From the NCBI GenBank assembly GCA_965645245.1, contig OZ287071.1, positions 1,550,001 through 1,614,000 on the forward strand: a stretch of DNA of 64,000 bases, in the 5' to 3' direction. This document shows positions 12,623-25,385 of the stretch, piece by piece (position 1 is the stretch's first letter; each line of letters opens with the position of its first letter). Under the pieces are notes generated by a model. That model searched no databases, was not told where the DNA came from, and saw nothing but the letters and a program-made list of their open reading frames with translations. The DNA is from Massalongia carnosa. Taxonomy: Eukaryota. The position numbers were made by a program, and so were the translations under genes.

Positions 12623-14623
12623 TTATCCCTCAACAAGCATTTGCTTCGGGCCTTTGCCAAGAAGTTCGAGCGAACGACGAGCTAAAGCAATGACCTCGCC
12701 CTCGCCATCTTCACCATCTTCGCCATCTTCGTCATCGGACTCGATTTTTTTATCCGAAATGGTCTTGATCATCTGGATTAGGTCATCGTATTTAGAGATG
12801 AGTCCAATCAATTTTCTGTCCTCGGATTCTAGGAGTTGAAGCAGAGTCCAGATAGCAATGTGCTGAAAGGTGGAATCGCCGCTAGCCAAGAAGCGACTCA
12901 GATAGCCGTGGATGCCGCCATTGGGCTCCGTCCAACTTTGGATGAAGATTGAATAATCACCCACTACATGAAGTCAGCGCCCAACGCCCCGATACATACT
13001 CAAAGCTTCTTACCTTTCGAAGAGAGATTTCCTAGAGCTGCTGCGCTATTGCCTTGAACTTCAATTGAATCCGAGTCCGTCAAAGGGATCAGCACATCGA
13101 ACACACCAAGATTAAGCAGATGCGACTTGAGCTCGTCGCTGAGCGCTAGCACAGCAATCGCAGCCGTCATCTCCGACTGCACACTTAGGGGCACCTCTAG
13201 CACCAACTGCTTGCATTTTTGCACCGCGCCAGCTTCCAACACTAATAGCTTGTTACGGTCGGAGCTCGCAGCCAGATTGCGTAGGGTGGATATAGCATGG
13301 CACTGGATTTCTTCATTGTCCGTAGTGCCGAGTAACTCCACCAAAGGCTTCAAGAAACCGGCATCGATGATGGGAGACTCGTTATGGGGGTGAATGGAAA
13401 TATTTCGAATGCAGGCAACAGCGGATAATATTAGAGGAAGGTAAGAGGATTGAAGGAGCCGAAGAAGTGGTGGTAAGCCTCGGGAGCGAACGATATCAAG
13501 CTGGTATTTCTCGTCCGAAGCAAGGTTTCGGAGGGCCAAAGCAGCTTGGCATTGAACTTTAGGCGAGGACGAGTCCATTAGATGGACCAGAGAATGAACG
13601 AGACGTGACTCGGTCAGAGCAAGTTTCTTTCGGTTGCCAGCATCAACAGCAATGTTGCTAAGTGCGGTTGTGCAATAATACTGAACATCCACGTCAGAAG
13701 AGGAAAGAAGCTGTACAAGCACTGGAATCGCCCCGGCATTGACGAGCTGTTGGCGATTGTCATCTATGTTCCGATCAGCAAGCCTTTCAAATCTCCGGGG
13801 CTGCTAAACGAACCAGAATGCGTCATATTCAATAGAGCACCGGTAGCATTCCTCTGGACCCTTGGATCCTTGGATCTTGCCAGTCTAGTGAGAGGTGTCA
13901 AGGCCCCGGATCTGGCTATCTTGGCTTTGTTGTCTTCATGCGTTGCCAAATTCGTGATGCATCCAACCGCATTGCATTGAACCTCGACATTTGGAGACAT
14001 CATTTGTCGTATTAGGGGTGCAAGGCCACCCAGGGCAACGATCGCCAATTTATTCTCACCTGCATGTCTCTTAGTCGGGTCTCCTCTAAGTCAGAGGTGG
14101 AGACGTACTGTTGACAGCTAGGTTACCCAACGCAGCGCTTGCGGCTCGCTGTACTTCAATGTCATTGCTTTGAAGAAGGAACAGTATGGGCTCCAGAGTA
14201 TCACGCTCGACTTCTCGAACATCTGCCCCACCAGCATCAGTCATGTAAGGACCCCTGGGCTTGAGCTTCCAGACCTCGTTCCGTGATTTCTGCAAATGTT
14301 AAGCTCGCACTTCGTTGAAGATCGACATTCTCCGAATAAACCAAAGTGGTTAGCGACCGAAGAGGTTCGCCGGCGAAGAAATCCGTTTCGCCTCTCTACT
14401 GACAGTCAGCCAGAACACCAGCAACAGTCATGAGCCTTCTAACGTTTTCAAGATACTGAAGCAAATCTGCCACCGCTTCCCGCTCACTATCCGCCAAAGC
14501 TGGCTCATAGAGGCCCTCTCTTGTGCGACCTAAGGATATTATTATTTGTTAGTTTTCGTTTACGCCGTGAATGATCCAAAGGCATCATGAACCTTTGCAA
14601 CAGATAGACCCGCAAATGCCCAT
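12623..14623 (-). CDS. VAC8: Vacuolar armadillo-repeat protein Vac8 (multi-exon)
   Basis: N-terminus [10 protein letters not shown] (acylation-type motif), [17 protein letters not shown] repeats ([34 protein letters not shown]), [15 protein letters not shown]. Confidence 0.96.
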
Positions 14624-16057
14624 GCTTGGTATCGAGTATCCACAAGGTGGCACAACCGACCGGTATCTTGTGTGACTGGGAGAGATGCCTAGTTCCTGAG
14701 CGAACTCATTCGTGGTTGGATCGATCTTCTCGAAGTAAAAATGGTTATGGGATGTAACGAGGATGAGAGTGTTTAGAGTTGCGCTAGTACTTTAGGTGCA
14801 CGAGCCACGTACGCCACGTTTATTAGCGCGAGTTGAAGCATTCAAGCTTAGCGTTGTTTTCGAGTATCGACACAATTGAATCATTCGGAGGGACGATTAC
14901 CCGGACATATTTTTGTGTTTTCCGTACCGATTGGTTTCACTAGTTCAGAGGAAATAAACCAACGTTTCATAACATGTATCTATCTATGTACACGGAGTAC
15001 TCTGTACAGAATATTCCTGAGAAACTGTCTCAACCATGGCCTTTAAAGGAGTGGAACTATTATGTACCTACTCTCCATTTATCCACAATTTTTCTTCTTT
15101 AAAACTTCACATCCCCGCCTCGTCGGCAGAAATGACCACTGCTGCTTTTAGCCTCAGTACTGTCCTATGATGCACCGGTCGACTACGTGTGAAAACCTGC
15201 ATGACGAGAGGTGAGGATTGATAATATAGTCACTCTAGGCCCCTGTGGAGAGTGAATCAGGTGGTTTATTTCTTATTCCACCCTGGCCGGCAAAGTCATT
15301 CATGGCGTCTTCAGACGGAGCGGGTAGAATCTCCTGTACTCAGTACTCTGTACCCTGGACAACGTATACTCTTACAGAGTAAAGGGTATTCACTCTGTAG
15401 AGTTCAGAGGCTTAAGAAGCGACAAAAGATCCTTGAATCTGCATCTTCGACGCGAGGCTTACAGAGTACTCCGTAAAGGTACCGACGCTGATTAGAGTAC
15501 TGTGATTACCTTAAGTTCCACCTCGCGATGATAGGTCCTTAGGTGCGAAGTCGGACGATGGGCCACCTGCTTAAGTCCACCGGTGTCGTTGAGATCATGC
15601 TTCTGATGCACAAGAGGGGGACTTTGCGAAATTTAATCTGTTGTCGCGCATTCATGCAGCTTCGTGCGAAAAGCCTTGTGTGGAAAGCCTGTGTGGAAAG
15701 GAACGGAGAAGGCGCTCAAGGCGTGGGTGTGGTTCCTTGTTAATTCAGTTAGACAACGGATTCTATTGGGTCTCGTCTGTACAAAGCAGCAAGAACTGCG
15801 CAAGAGTGAGGTGATGTGTGGGATGTCATATTTGCTTCCAGTCAGATTGCGGGATCGTCTGCACGAGCTAGTTATCTCAGCCCTCCCGCTAGTCATAACT
15901 ACAAAGTCGTCAGCAGAGAACAGCGGTCCTTCCTCCCTGTTCAATTGCTGTTTTTCCAGTTGTTTCGTGAACTGGGTCTCTTCTCCTGCTGTCTTTGGTC
16001 TGTTCGCTCCCCATTGTCTTGAATTTCTTTGATCGCACTTATATTTTCTGCCTCAAT

Positions 16058-18311
16058 ATGGGTGTAAGTCATCTTTGCGTTTTCCTGTACACCCCCACTA
16101 CCCTCCCCCCGCATATGCTCTGGGACACTACTTTACCCAATCAAAGTGGCTGAATGTTGGCCATGCAAAAGCTTGCCTCCAAACTTGCCGCCAGTCAACC
16201 TCCCGGTGGAACTGGTTACGGTGCTCCTCAACAGCAAGGAGGATACCCACCAAATATGCAGAAGCCTGGAGTATACGTATGTCTATACAACCTTATGATT
16301 TCACTGCACTTTCGGACCTATGCTAAAACCTTCTAGCCTGGACAAGGGCAGTATCAAGCGTATCCTGGGAGCTCTCCGGTAAGAAGCCGATTTGCTTTCG
16401 TCCGTATGCGTCATTTTCATTTTCACCTCTCAATCATCATCAATTTCTCGTTCGCCACCCGGAAATTTCGCAGTCTCGCGGGTCATGGTGGACTAGCGTT
16501 GCCATTAGCAGCCGAGTCGAATGAGCTCTCAAATAAATCCATTGCCTTATCCCTCCATTTCTCCGAGGCCAAGCCCAGCTGTAATACATCCAGGCCATAC
16601 ACCTTCCTCGCTCCGACCTAACGCCCCTCCGGTGCCTCCATCCGTTCCTTTCTTGCCTGCAAACCAACAAGCTAGTCAACAAAGTTATTACCCGCAACAG
16701 ACGCCATACCATAGCGGGCCATCTTCACCACAGTCGCAGCCACATGTAGCTTCATATGGGCAATACGAACAACAACTACAATATATGAATCAAGGGTCCT
16801 ATTCTCAGTTCACGGAATATGGCTATGTTGGTTTCCTCTGGTCGAGAACGATTCAAGCGAACATCTACCGCAGGGGGCTAATGCTCTTTTTATGATAGGG
16901 GCAACCGGGGCAGTACCCTCCTCAACAGCAAGGCGGGCAGCAATACGGTGGGCAGCCGGCACAGCAAGCCAGCCCTCATGAAATCGAAGCGTACAAACAA
17001 CTTCTCCGAAACACAATTCAAGAGAAACGGCTTCAGAATATCATACCACCTAACGATCCGAGACTTGATAAATACGCTGCTACGGCAGCAGCGAAGATCA
17101 ATCAACTATGTGTACGGTGGCAGATTGAGCGCGAGGTCGCCCGGGACCTTGTAAAGTTAGCCTTGTTTGATATAATTCTATACATTGGTAAGTATTTTGT
17201 GGTTACTCTTTCAAATGACTAAAGGATTCAGATAACAGCGGATCTATGGAATTCTATAAGGCAGATGGTCGCATTGACGATCTAAAGGTTATGCTTACTC
17301 GCACCGTTAGCGTTGCAACTCTATTTGATGATGACGGTATATCTGTTCGTTTCATGAACGATGTAGGCCAAATTCAGCCACGTGAGCTGGATGGGATCAC
17401 AACAGAGCATCAGGTCGAAGATCTCATCAAGAGAACTGATTTTAGCGGTGCAACGCCCATGGGGGAGAATCTTCGCGAAAAGGTGCTTCGACCACTAGTA
17501 GAGAAAGCCCAGAGGGGCCAGTTACAGAAGCCTATTTTAGTCATTACCATTACCGATGGTCGGCCAACAGACGCGCCACAGAATGACATTCGAGCTGTGA
17601 TCAAAGCCACCGTGGACCAGCTTGCACAGACAACGAGGTATGGCTCAGGCGTGTTATCGTTGCAATTTGCTCAGGTGGGGTTGGACTCTGGAGCGATGGA
17701 ATTCTTGGCGCAATTAGACAACGATCCCCTGATTGGACATCTCATCGACTGCACATCAAGTAAGCTTTCTTCTGCCTGCTCAATCGATATGCACGTGCTG
17801 ATATCGTGGGATTCTAGATTACGAGCGCGAAGCTGAGGAGATGGCCAAATCGGTTCCTCCAATCAAGCTAACAGTTGATCTCTGGGTAAGTACACTATAC
17901 CTAAAGGAGGTTCTAAGGCTAATGTAATAAAAGCTCGTAAAAATGCTTTTGGGTGCTGTTGACTCGTCCTATGACACCAAGGATGAAAAAGGTTCTCGAC
18001 CTCAAGGAGGCAGCGTCGGCGGTCCCCCCCCCGGGCAATATGGAGCTCCACCACCAGGCCAATATGGTGCTCCGGTTGGCCACGGTCAGCAGCCTTATCC
18101 CCCTCAACAGCAGCCACAGTATGGATATGGTCAGCAGCCTCCGCAGCAGGGGTATGGACAACAGCCAGGTTATGGACAACCGCCTCCTCAACAAGGTTAC
18201 GGCCAGCACCCTCCGCAGGGCTACGGGCAACCTCAACAAGGTTATGGACAGCAGCCTTTAAATCGTCCCCCACAAGGTGGCTACTCAGCACCACCACCAC
18301 CAAGGTATTAG
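16058..18311 (+). CDS. Intracellular vWA-domain protein with Pro/Gln/Gly/Tyr-rich termini (RfeF-like)
   Basis: 6-nt first exon ATGGGT then [32 protein letters not shown] motif, [24 protein letters not shown]-terminal GYGQQPP repeats. Confidence 0.85.
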
Positions 18312-19631
18312 GTTGAGTATCTTTGCGCGTACAGCGTATGCCCCAATACCATGAAAGTGGGGGTTCCGAAACCTAACAATGAATGTGAAGTTAGTCGAGC
18401 TTTTCAGATAAGAGTAACAAGATCTTTTTAACGTTGTCAGAGCCCAAATCAAATCAAAGGTATTGTTGCAACGGTAAGCAATATGAGTTTGGAGGCCCAT
18501 GGCTTGGTTGAAGTCCGAGAGCGTATTATGTATTTCCTGTTCCTTGAATTGATGCCTGCAATCTATTGAACGTAGTTTCTAAATGTCGTTACTAAATATG
18601 GTGTCTGTACTCATTTCAACTCATGCATTAGGCCCCAAACCCCCGGAGTTATCCCTTTACACACTGTTTCCAATCTAACTTACGTCTGGCAAGGAAAGTC
18701 ATCGCGCAGGAGTTTTTAGAAGAGCTGATGATGAAAAACACATATAAAACCACAGGCTTGCAGGATTTTGGTTTGTCTCACGTTTCTCTGCTCCCAATCC
18801 ATCAGCTAAACGGAACATTGTTCAGGGGTGGGAGCTTGGATCTACAGCTCGAACCGCCATGGCTCTCTGCTCTTCCGCTGTCGACAAGTTTTCTTTTGTA
18901 GAACTGTCTATTTTCTTTGCCATATCTCTTTCTCTAAGTATTAGCCTACCTCCTTCTCATTGCATAGCAGCTTGGCGTTTACCGATCGGTTTTCGTTGTC
19001 TCTTGAGCTCACCAAACTTGTACCTTTTCGATCAATTGTTGCCAGTATAGGTTGATCATGAAGATATTGTAGTTAATTCTGACGATGGCTTAGACTTGGT
19101 CTATATTCCCACCACTGGGGGAACAAAGGCATGTCTATTGACCGAGATATAAGGTTTTATATTTCAAGCAGTCACCTTAAATGAGGATTTGCAATAGGGC
19201 GCAGCTTGCCGTCATCCGGTTTTTGTTTATGGAGCCAGAAACCCAGAACCTACCCATTTCAATGCTGATGCAATCAACTCTCTGGCCTATGCAACTATAG
19301 CGTCCTACATAAAGCTTGGTATAACTCGAGCCGGTAAGAAGAGCTACACTTAACATTGATCAACGGGAACGAGACCTCTGTCCGTCAGCTGATCGTATCC
19401 TGACGGTGGGAAGAATGGTATCTCCAAATCTTGACGACGTATCTAGTGGTTTAGATCTAAACGCTGAACAACCTTGTTTTGGTACCTTTTGAATGGAAAA
19501 GAGAAATGATTCCAGAGAATATGGCTCGCTTAAACGCGAAAGCATCAATCAGAACTTCTACCCTCTATCTGATTTTTGTATCGTCTATGGTGGAGAATCT
19601 GGAGACTGTACAATAGTCTCCCTCGCCCTTT

Positions 19632-20680
19632 TTGTTTGGAAAAAGATGCCATTTCTCCCTTTCTGCATGTCGACTGCCAGTGAAGCCTTTGGAACGATCG
19701 CTTTACTACCTCAAGGCCAAGCGTATAAAAGATGATGATGCGGAAACTACAGAAGTTGCGGTTCCCAGCCCTTGGGGTTGGAGCCACTGTGTAAGTTCCA
19801 TTGTCGCCGTAGATCTAATTAAGATTCAGCCCGGAGTTGTAGGCGAACGTAAGCGCTTGATCATCAACGTCTATCACGACTTGATGACGAACGCAAGTCA
19901 CAGGCAATTAAATAATGAGCAAGGCGAAGGTGCACAGGGAAAGAGAAATCATATGATTGATGCTCAGTTAATGGATAGAACCAGATCCAAGACGACCCAA
20001 TACTTCATCAGCGCTACGGACACAGCGTTCCAAGTGAACAAGCCACAGCTAGCGGATGCTGACAATGGATTGATTAAGAGCATTCTTCCATGCGCAGGAA
20101 AACTTCGAGCAGGTTTCCGCAGCCTGCAAGAGATGTATTGGCATTCTGTATGCTTACCCGCTTGTGATCATACGGCTTGGAATGGGCAAATTGTAACTTT
20201 GCCCAAAGACGCATGGATTATCAAAGGATCTGAGCAACCGGATCCTAAAATTCAAGTAGGTGAAGACGAAAATGGCCTACCAAAATATGGTCTTGATTAT
20301 TAGGCTAAGTGCAAGGAAGGCTTCATACAAGTTGGATTGGTTGCAGGAGACAACTGGACCCGCTCAATAATGTCAGCCAACATGCATCGCCGGAAGATGC
20401 TCCGGGTCTTGAGATAAACCACCGTCAACAACCAAAAGTGAAATCGTAAGAGAAGTCGAGCAAGAAAAAGCTGCAGTCTTAAATGATTGGACTTGTAAAG
20501 GAGATAACGACGACTTGATGCTTGTCTCGGAACTGGAGAACTTACCATGCAAGGTCGGACCGACGAAAACTCCATGGTCCACCCATCCTTCCGAGGGATC
20601 CTGACTGTTGTTTCCAGTGTGCTCTGGATATTGTCCAGAGCTATCGCAGAGGTCGCCATGTGGGAGTGGTGCTCTGAAAC
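19632..20680 (+). pseudogene. Degraded fungal-specific gene of unknown function
   Basis: The 223-aa ORF continues past its stop as protein-like sequence with further stops and shifts, ending ...ILPRDPDCCFQCALD; no intact model found. Confidence 0.35.
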
Positions 20681-20856
20681 CAATGACGAGGTCGGTGCAA
20701 TATAAAAATCGCGCCGATATATACATGAACCACGGGGCGCGAGGAGTTCTAGGGTGGCCCGATCATTCGAGGTGCGCTTCAAGATTTGAAAACCCCTGAT
20801 TTTCAGCCACGAGCCAGCAATAAGGAACGTTAAGCATCGTCCACCACCTGATGCTT

Positions 20857-21468
20857 TCAGCCCATTTCCTCAGCCTGCACCCCCTCCTTTATCTCCTTAA
20901 TACTCATCCCCCACGGGCCTCCCTCCAACTCCAACTCCAACCCCCCCATCTCACCCAAAAACCCATCGAACCCCGAGTCCTCCTCCCACCCCGCCATGAC
21001 CCCCTCCCCATACCTTTCGCTCATCCACCCCCTTCCCACTTCCCGATACCGATCCCTCCCTCCCTTCCCTCCAACATCCGTTCCCTTCCACAGCCTCCAT
21101 CCCCGGCCTAGCTCCCCGTCCTTGCCCCCCCACACGCACTGCGCGCGGAACCGCTCCCGATCCGCCCTCCACCGGCGCCACCGCCGGAACTCATCGGCCG
21201 TCAGGGGCTGCAGATCTTTCACCGTTCCGCCGGCCGCGTGCACGGCCTTGGTGACTTGGTAGCGCTTTTCCAGCAGGAACAGCGAGGCGCTGCAGCCGGG
21301 GCAGACGTTGTCCGAGGGGATTTCCTGGCTGCGAGTTTTCTTGTAGTCGCAGTAGGCCGGGCGGGTGGCAGTGGAGGTGGTGAGCATGGGTTCGCAGGCG
21401 TTGAGGAGGGGGGATTCGAGGAAGCAGGTGTGGGTGCAGAAGTAACGGATTAGAAAAATGATGCACAT
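20857..21468 (-). CDS. Small hypothetical protein with N-terminal Cys/His cluster
   Basis: Single 203-aa ORF with ATG in A-rich context; MC-x6-YFCTH...C...C...CPGC pattern; GC3-rich codons. Confidence 0.6.
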   Translation of the reverse strand: MCIIFLIRYFCTHTCFLESPLLNACEPMLTTSTATRPAYCDYKKTRSQEIPSDNVCPGCSASLFLLEKRYQVTKAVHAAGGTVKDLQPLTADEFRRWRRWRADRERFRAQCVWGGKDGELGRGWRLWKGTDVGGKGGRDRYREVGRGWMSERYGEGVMAGWEEDSGFDGFLGEMGGLELELEGGPWGMSIKEIKEGVQAEEMG

Positions 21469-21910
21469 ATTTTCTATTGTTTGTTTCGGTTCGTTGTGAG
21501 TGGGATCTCCCCCCTCCCCCTTTTATGGGGGGGGGAATATTTGAATAAGTGTCTACGGATGGAGTGGTGTAGTGTAGGAGATTAGAAAGGTTGGGTGTTG
21601 TGATAGTTGTTGCGTGAAGGGGTGTGCCTACCGATATTGTGATAAGAAGCTAACCAAGGGCAAAAAGGTACAGACTACCCACCTATTTACCTACTTACCA
21701 ACCAACCAACTAACCATCGCCCCCCCTCGGCCACAACACGAAATGTTCCAAAAAAAGAAGCCCCTTGTGCGTGGTGTGAGCGAAACTGGCAACTAAGTTC
21801 CATCCAGTGCGTCCAACTAACTAAAACTATTCATCGGGTACATGTGTACATACAGAGTAGATATATACACCCCGAACTTAGAATTGGTGATTACCGTTTC
21901 CGTTCGAGAA

Positions 21911-22000
21911 AGGGAGCAGGGTCGCTTTAGAGGGAGCACTGGGGGAGCGAGAGGGAACACCAGGGAGCGGCCAGGGGAGCAGGAGGGATCACGGGAGAGC
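21911..22000. repeat. Phased GGGAGC array (~10-12-bp spacing)
   Basis: GGGAGC or 1-mismatch copies at 21912, 21932, 21943, 21953, 21963, 21975, 21985, 21995. Confidence 0.7.
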
Positions 22001-22054
22001 ATTAAGAGAAGCCTGCAAGGAGCTGGTCTGGCGCCCTGTACGAGTACTAGGAGC

Positions 22055-22639
22055 GGCGTAGCACAATAGCATATCAGTCTGTCGTGACGCGAGTCAAGAA
22101 GGGCGACAAGGTCTTCATCAACGGCGGTTCCGGTGGCATAGGTGTTTTTAGTATTCAATTCGCCAAGGCTATGGAATGCCAAGTAACGACGACTTGCTCT
22201 ACAGCGAATGTGGATTCTGTAAGGGTTTAGGTGCGGATTAGGTCGTGGATTACAAGAAAGAGAGCGTTGTCGAAGCATTGAAAGCCAGCGGGCACAACTT
22301 CGACCACGCTGTCGATAACGGGGGGAAAGACAACCAGCTAATTTGGCAGTGTCATGAGTTTATGCAGCCTGAAGCCGTCCTCGTTGTGGTTGAAGGGGAA
22401 CCATTTACTCGGGGATGTGGCTGATAACTTGAAACGGAAGGCCTTGCCTGGCTTTCTCGGCGGTATTAACGGCAAAAACGGAACACTTGCAGCAGATTGG
22501 GAAATGTATGGAAACCGGCAAAGTCAAAACAATAATTGACCAGCAACTCTCGTTTGAGCAAGCGCCACAGGCAATACAGAAGCTGAAGACCGGGAGGGCA
22601 AGAGGAAAGATGGTAGTCAATGTTGCGCCGGAGACGTGA
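22055..22639 (+). pseudogene. MDR-family NAD(P)-dependent oxidoreductase (RTN4IP1/Ast1-like), 5'-truncated
   Basis: AYQSVVTRVKKGDKVFINGGSGGIGVFSIQFAKAMEC...GAD*VVDYK...GKVKTIID...LKTGRARGKMVV; internal stop, frameshifts, no N-terminal domain. Confidence 0.85.
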
Positions 22640-23249
22640 AAGAAGGCGTCTATGTAGGTGTGGAATTCCACTTCGGCACTGGGAGCACCTAAATTTTGAG
22701 ACGAATTTGTGGAAATTCTGTAGACGTCAGTAATATATGTTGCCGGTGAGATCAGGAGCTCTTGACTGAGAGTGCTGGTGGAAATGGAGGACACAGTAGG
22801 CCATTGAAATACGGGAAGGGGCTCTTATCACTCGCCCGATTAAGTTGAGGGGTCTACGCCGGCATAGATTCGGATTAGATACTCATTTGTGTATACAGTG
22901 ACAGATAGCTATGACATGGAAAGTCCAATGAATACAATGGTGTAAGCTTGACTTGATTTTGTGGAGGGGAAGAAGGGGCCTCTGCCGCCGCCTAAACCTC
23001 AGCCTCGTCTGACACGCGAGAGGCTCTTCCGCCATCACATATATTACTTATTATCGAGGTCAGCATGAATCATTATCAGACTCTTCCGAGAGGGTCTTGC
23101 ACAGCCAACTGATTATATTGTCCAAAGAAGACCAGTGCCTTTATTTGAAGTTTGTCTTGCAGTCAATTTGGAATCTGGCTTGTCTCATTTTTCATCTAGG
23201 CATTTGCTTCACGAGTAATCGAACCTAGCAGCCGAGCGCTTGAAATGTA

Positions 23250-24630
23250 TAAATATCCAATGAAAGAAGGATGTGGTAATAGTGATCCTTTGTTAGTTAT
23301 AGAAAGTCTGCATATGGTAGGTTGACTATTGATGTGTTGGTAGGCTTGCTACATGGCACGCCCGGGTCTTCATAACCTTCGCCAAACAGTCTCAGTTGCA
23401 ACTGAGGGAAGCTCTAGACTCATTCCTACAACATGGAGGCAGTCTTTTCTGGCAGAACAGCAATAGAGGAACAATCTCGTCTCTCATAATGCGCCATGGA
23501 GCTTCATTCCAATATCTACGCCAATATCCGTTTCTTCAAATGGGGCCTTGGGCTGTGACTGAGCTTTCCGAAATCGACAGATGGCTTGTTGTCGCCCTTG
23601 AGTATACAGATGCGAAGTTTCGTGACGCACTACAGGACTATTTTAGTATGTATCGATCGGGTTCTCCGAGCCTCACAGCACCTTCCAAGCATGCATGCCC
23701 CTGTGTTTGAGGTACATAACGCCTCAGCGAGGGATAGAATTGAATTTTTAAAAATAGTCAGCAAACGGGGTACTGGGGACATGATGAGCCTTTTTCTAGG
23801 AACTGCACTTGACCTTGACGAAAGTTATAGGAATGAGCAGACACCATGGCTTCGACTGAGCTATCTCAGTAAAGCTGTCAAATGTGGGAACCTTGACACC
23901 TTCCAGACTTTACTGGATGCTGGCGCTTGTCCAACACGGGCTTTGATCTCTCTCTCTCGTCACCCGGGTTCATTATCACTGTGTGAGAAGCCGGAGTTGA
24001 GAAAGAGCATGATGCTGGCACTGGCAGAACGAGCACAGCCAAAACATCTGCAAGGCAAAGATGAAGAGGTGCTTGATCTTTTGCTTAGGACGCACGAAGT
24101 TCGGAGATATTGCTCTGGAGCCGTCGATTTGTTGATCGACGGATTTATCTTACAACGATTTCACGAGATCAATAATCAATCCGAGACGCTCCGCAACAGG
24201 TGCATATTAACTGCTATGTTCCTAGGCCTCCCGCAGATCCTGGAGCTCTTTAACAGTCATGGATTGCTAGTTTGCGGCCATAAATCAAGAGGCAAGATTC
24301 TCGGTGGACAGTCCGTTTTTATCAAAGGCGACGTGGCAGACAATTATACTTGGTTGACTTTGGCAGTAGACTTCGGCCTTATCTCTTGCGTCAAACTTTC
24401 CATAGACAATGGCGCGGATTGCACCCAACTAGACCCCTGCGGTCGGGCAGCCCTGGGTATGGCAGAAGACTAAGTATCCAGACCACATCCTCGAGCCGTC
24501 ACTAAGCTTTACATCAGCGATGTATTTCCGCTGAAGATGATCAGAAAGTCTTGCCGCTCTCCGGCTTGCCGCACACTCTCAGGCATCGTCGCTTCAGATC
24601 AGACATTTCTGGGATTATGATGAGGCGATG
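23250..24630 (+). pseudogene. Ankyrin-repeat-like protein, frameshifted
   Basis: Overlapping ORFs 23396-23710 and 23586-24473; ankyrin-like motifs YLSKAVKCGNLDTFQTLLDAGA and TWLTLAVDFGLISCVKLSIDNGAD...DPCGRAALGMA; boundaries approximate. Confidence 0.6.
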
Positions 24631-24635
24631 GGAGA

Positions 24636-25385
24636 TCGAAAGATGGCAAGTCATACGTTTTCTTCATCGACGAAAACTCAGCGTTCTGCTTAGTTTCTCA
24701 CATCGTGGCCCTCGCCTGCAACGACCAGGCTTTTCGAAAACCCGACCTTACACCCCGACAGATACTAAACCTGGGGGTGGAAAAAGATAGAGAATGTCAG
24801 CGCATTATTTAGCGCAAGGACATGGATCAGGCCCCGCTTTTCTACGCCTCCAAAAGCTATGATCCTACAACGAAGCGGCAGTATCACGAAATTCTTCCAT
24901 ATTGCAAGTTTCACCGAGCCATGAGACGTCTTGGAACACAGACGGGCTTCAAAGATCCTCTCACAGCATACTGCCTGTGGCGCCCCGTAGGCAACGCAAT
25001 GAACGGTAGGTGCGACATCGTCCCTCCTCCAAGATTGTAGCTGACACGGACAGACGATCCTACCTGCAATGATGCGGTACGCAGTCTAGCCCTCGATCAC
25101 ATTAATCCGAGGGTCTTTGAAAAAAACCATCTCTTCCGAATGATTCATTTCGACACCCAAGCAGCATTTCAAGGAAGCGCATCCCGCATAGACTTGATCT
25201 AGGCTGCATAACGCATGAGCCTCACAATCTATCCTGATCGACCTCGCAAACTTACTATCAAACAGCGAGAAGAGGTGAAGCAGGACCCTGAGATACAGGT
25301 TCTGCAAAGGCACCATGAGGTCCTTTGCAAGCAGGTCGATGGTCACCCCCTCCGTATGCACACCGGAAAACCAGCCAATCTGCGA
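24636..25385 (+). pseudogene. DUF3435 tyrosine recombinase (Starship captain) internal fragment
   Basis: FCLVSHIVALACNDQAF...I*RKDMDQAPLF...RRLGTQTGFKDPLTAYCLWRPVGNAMN|(intron 25006-25053)DD...VRSLALDHINPRVFEKNHLFRMIHFDTQAAFQG...AA*RMSLTIYPDRPRKLT; matches the DUF3435 consensus as recalled. Confidence 0.8.
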
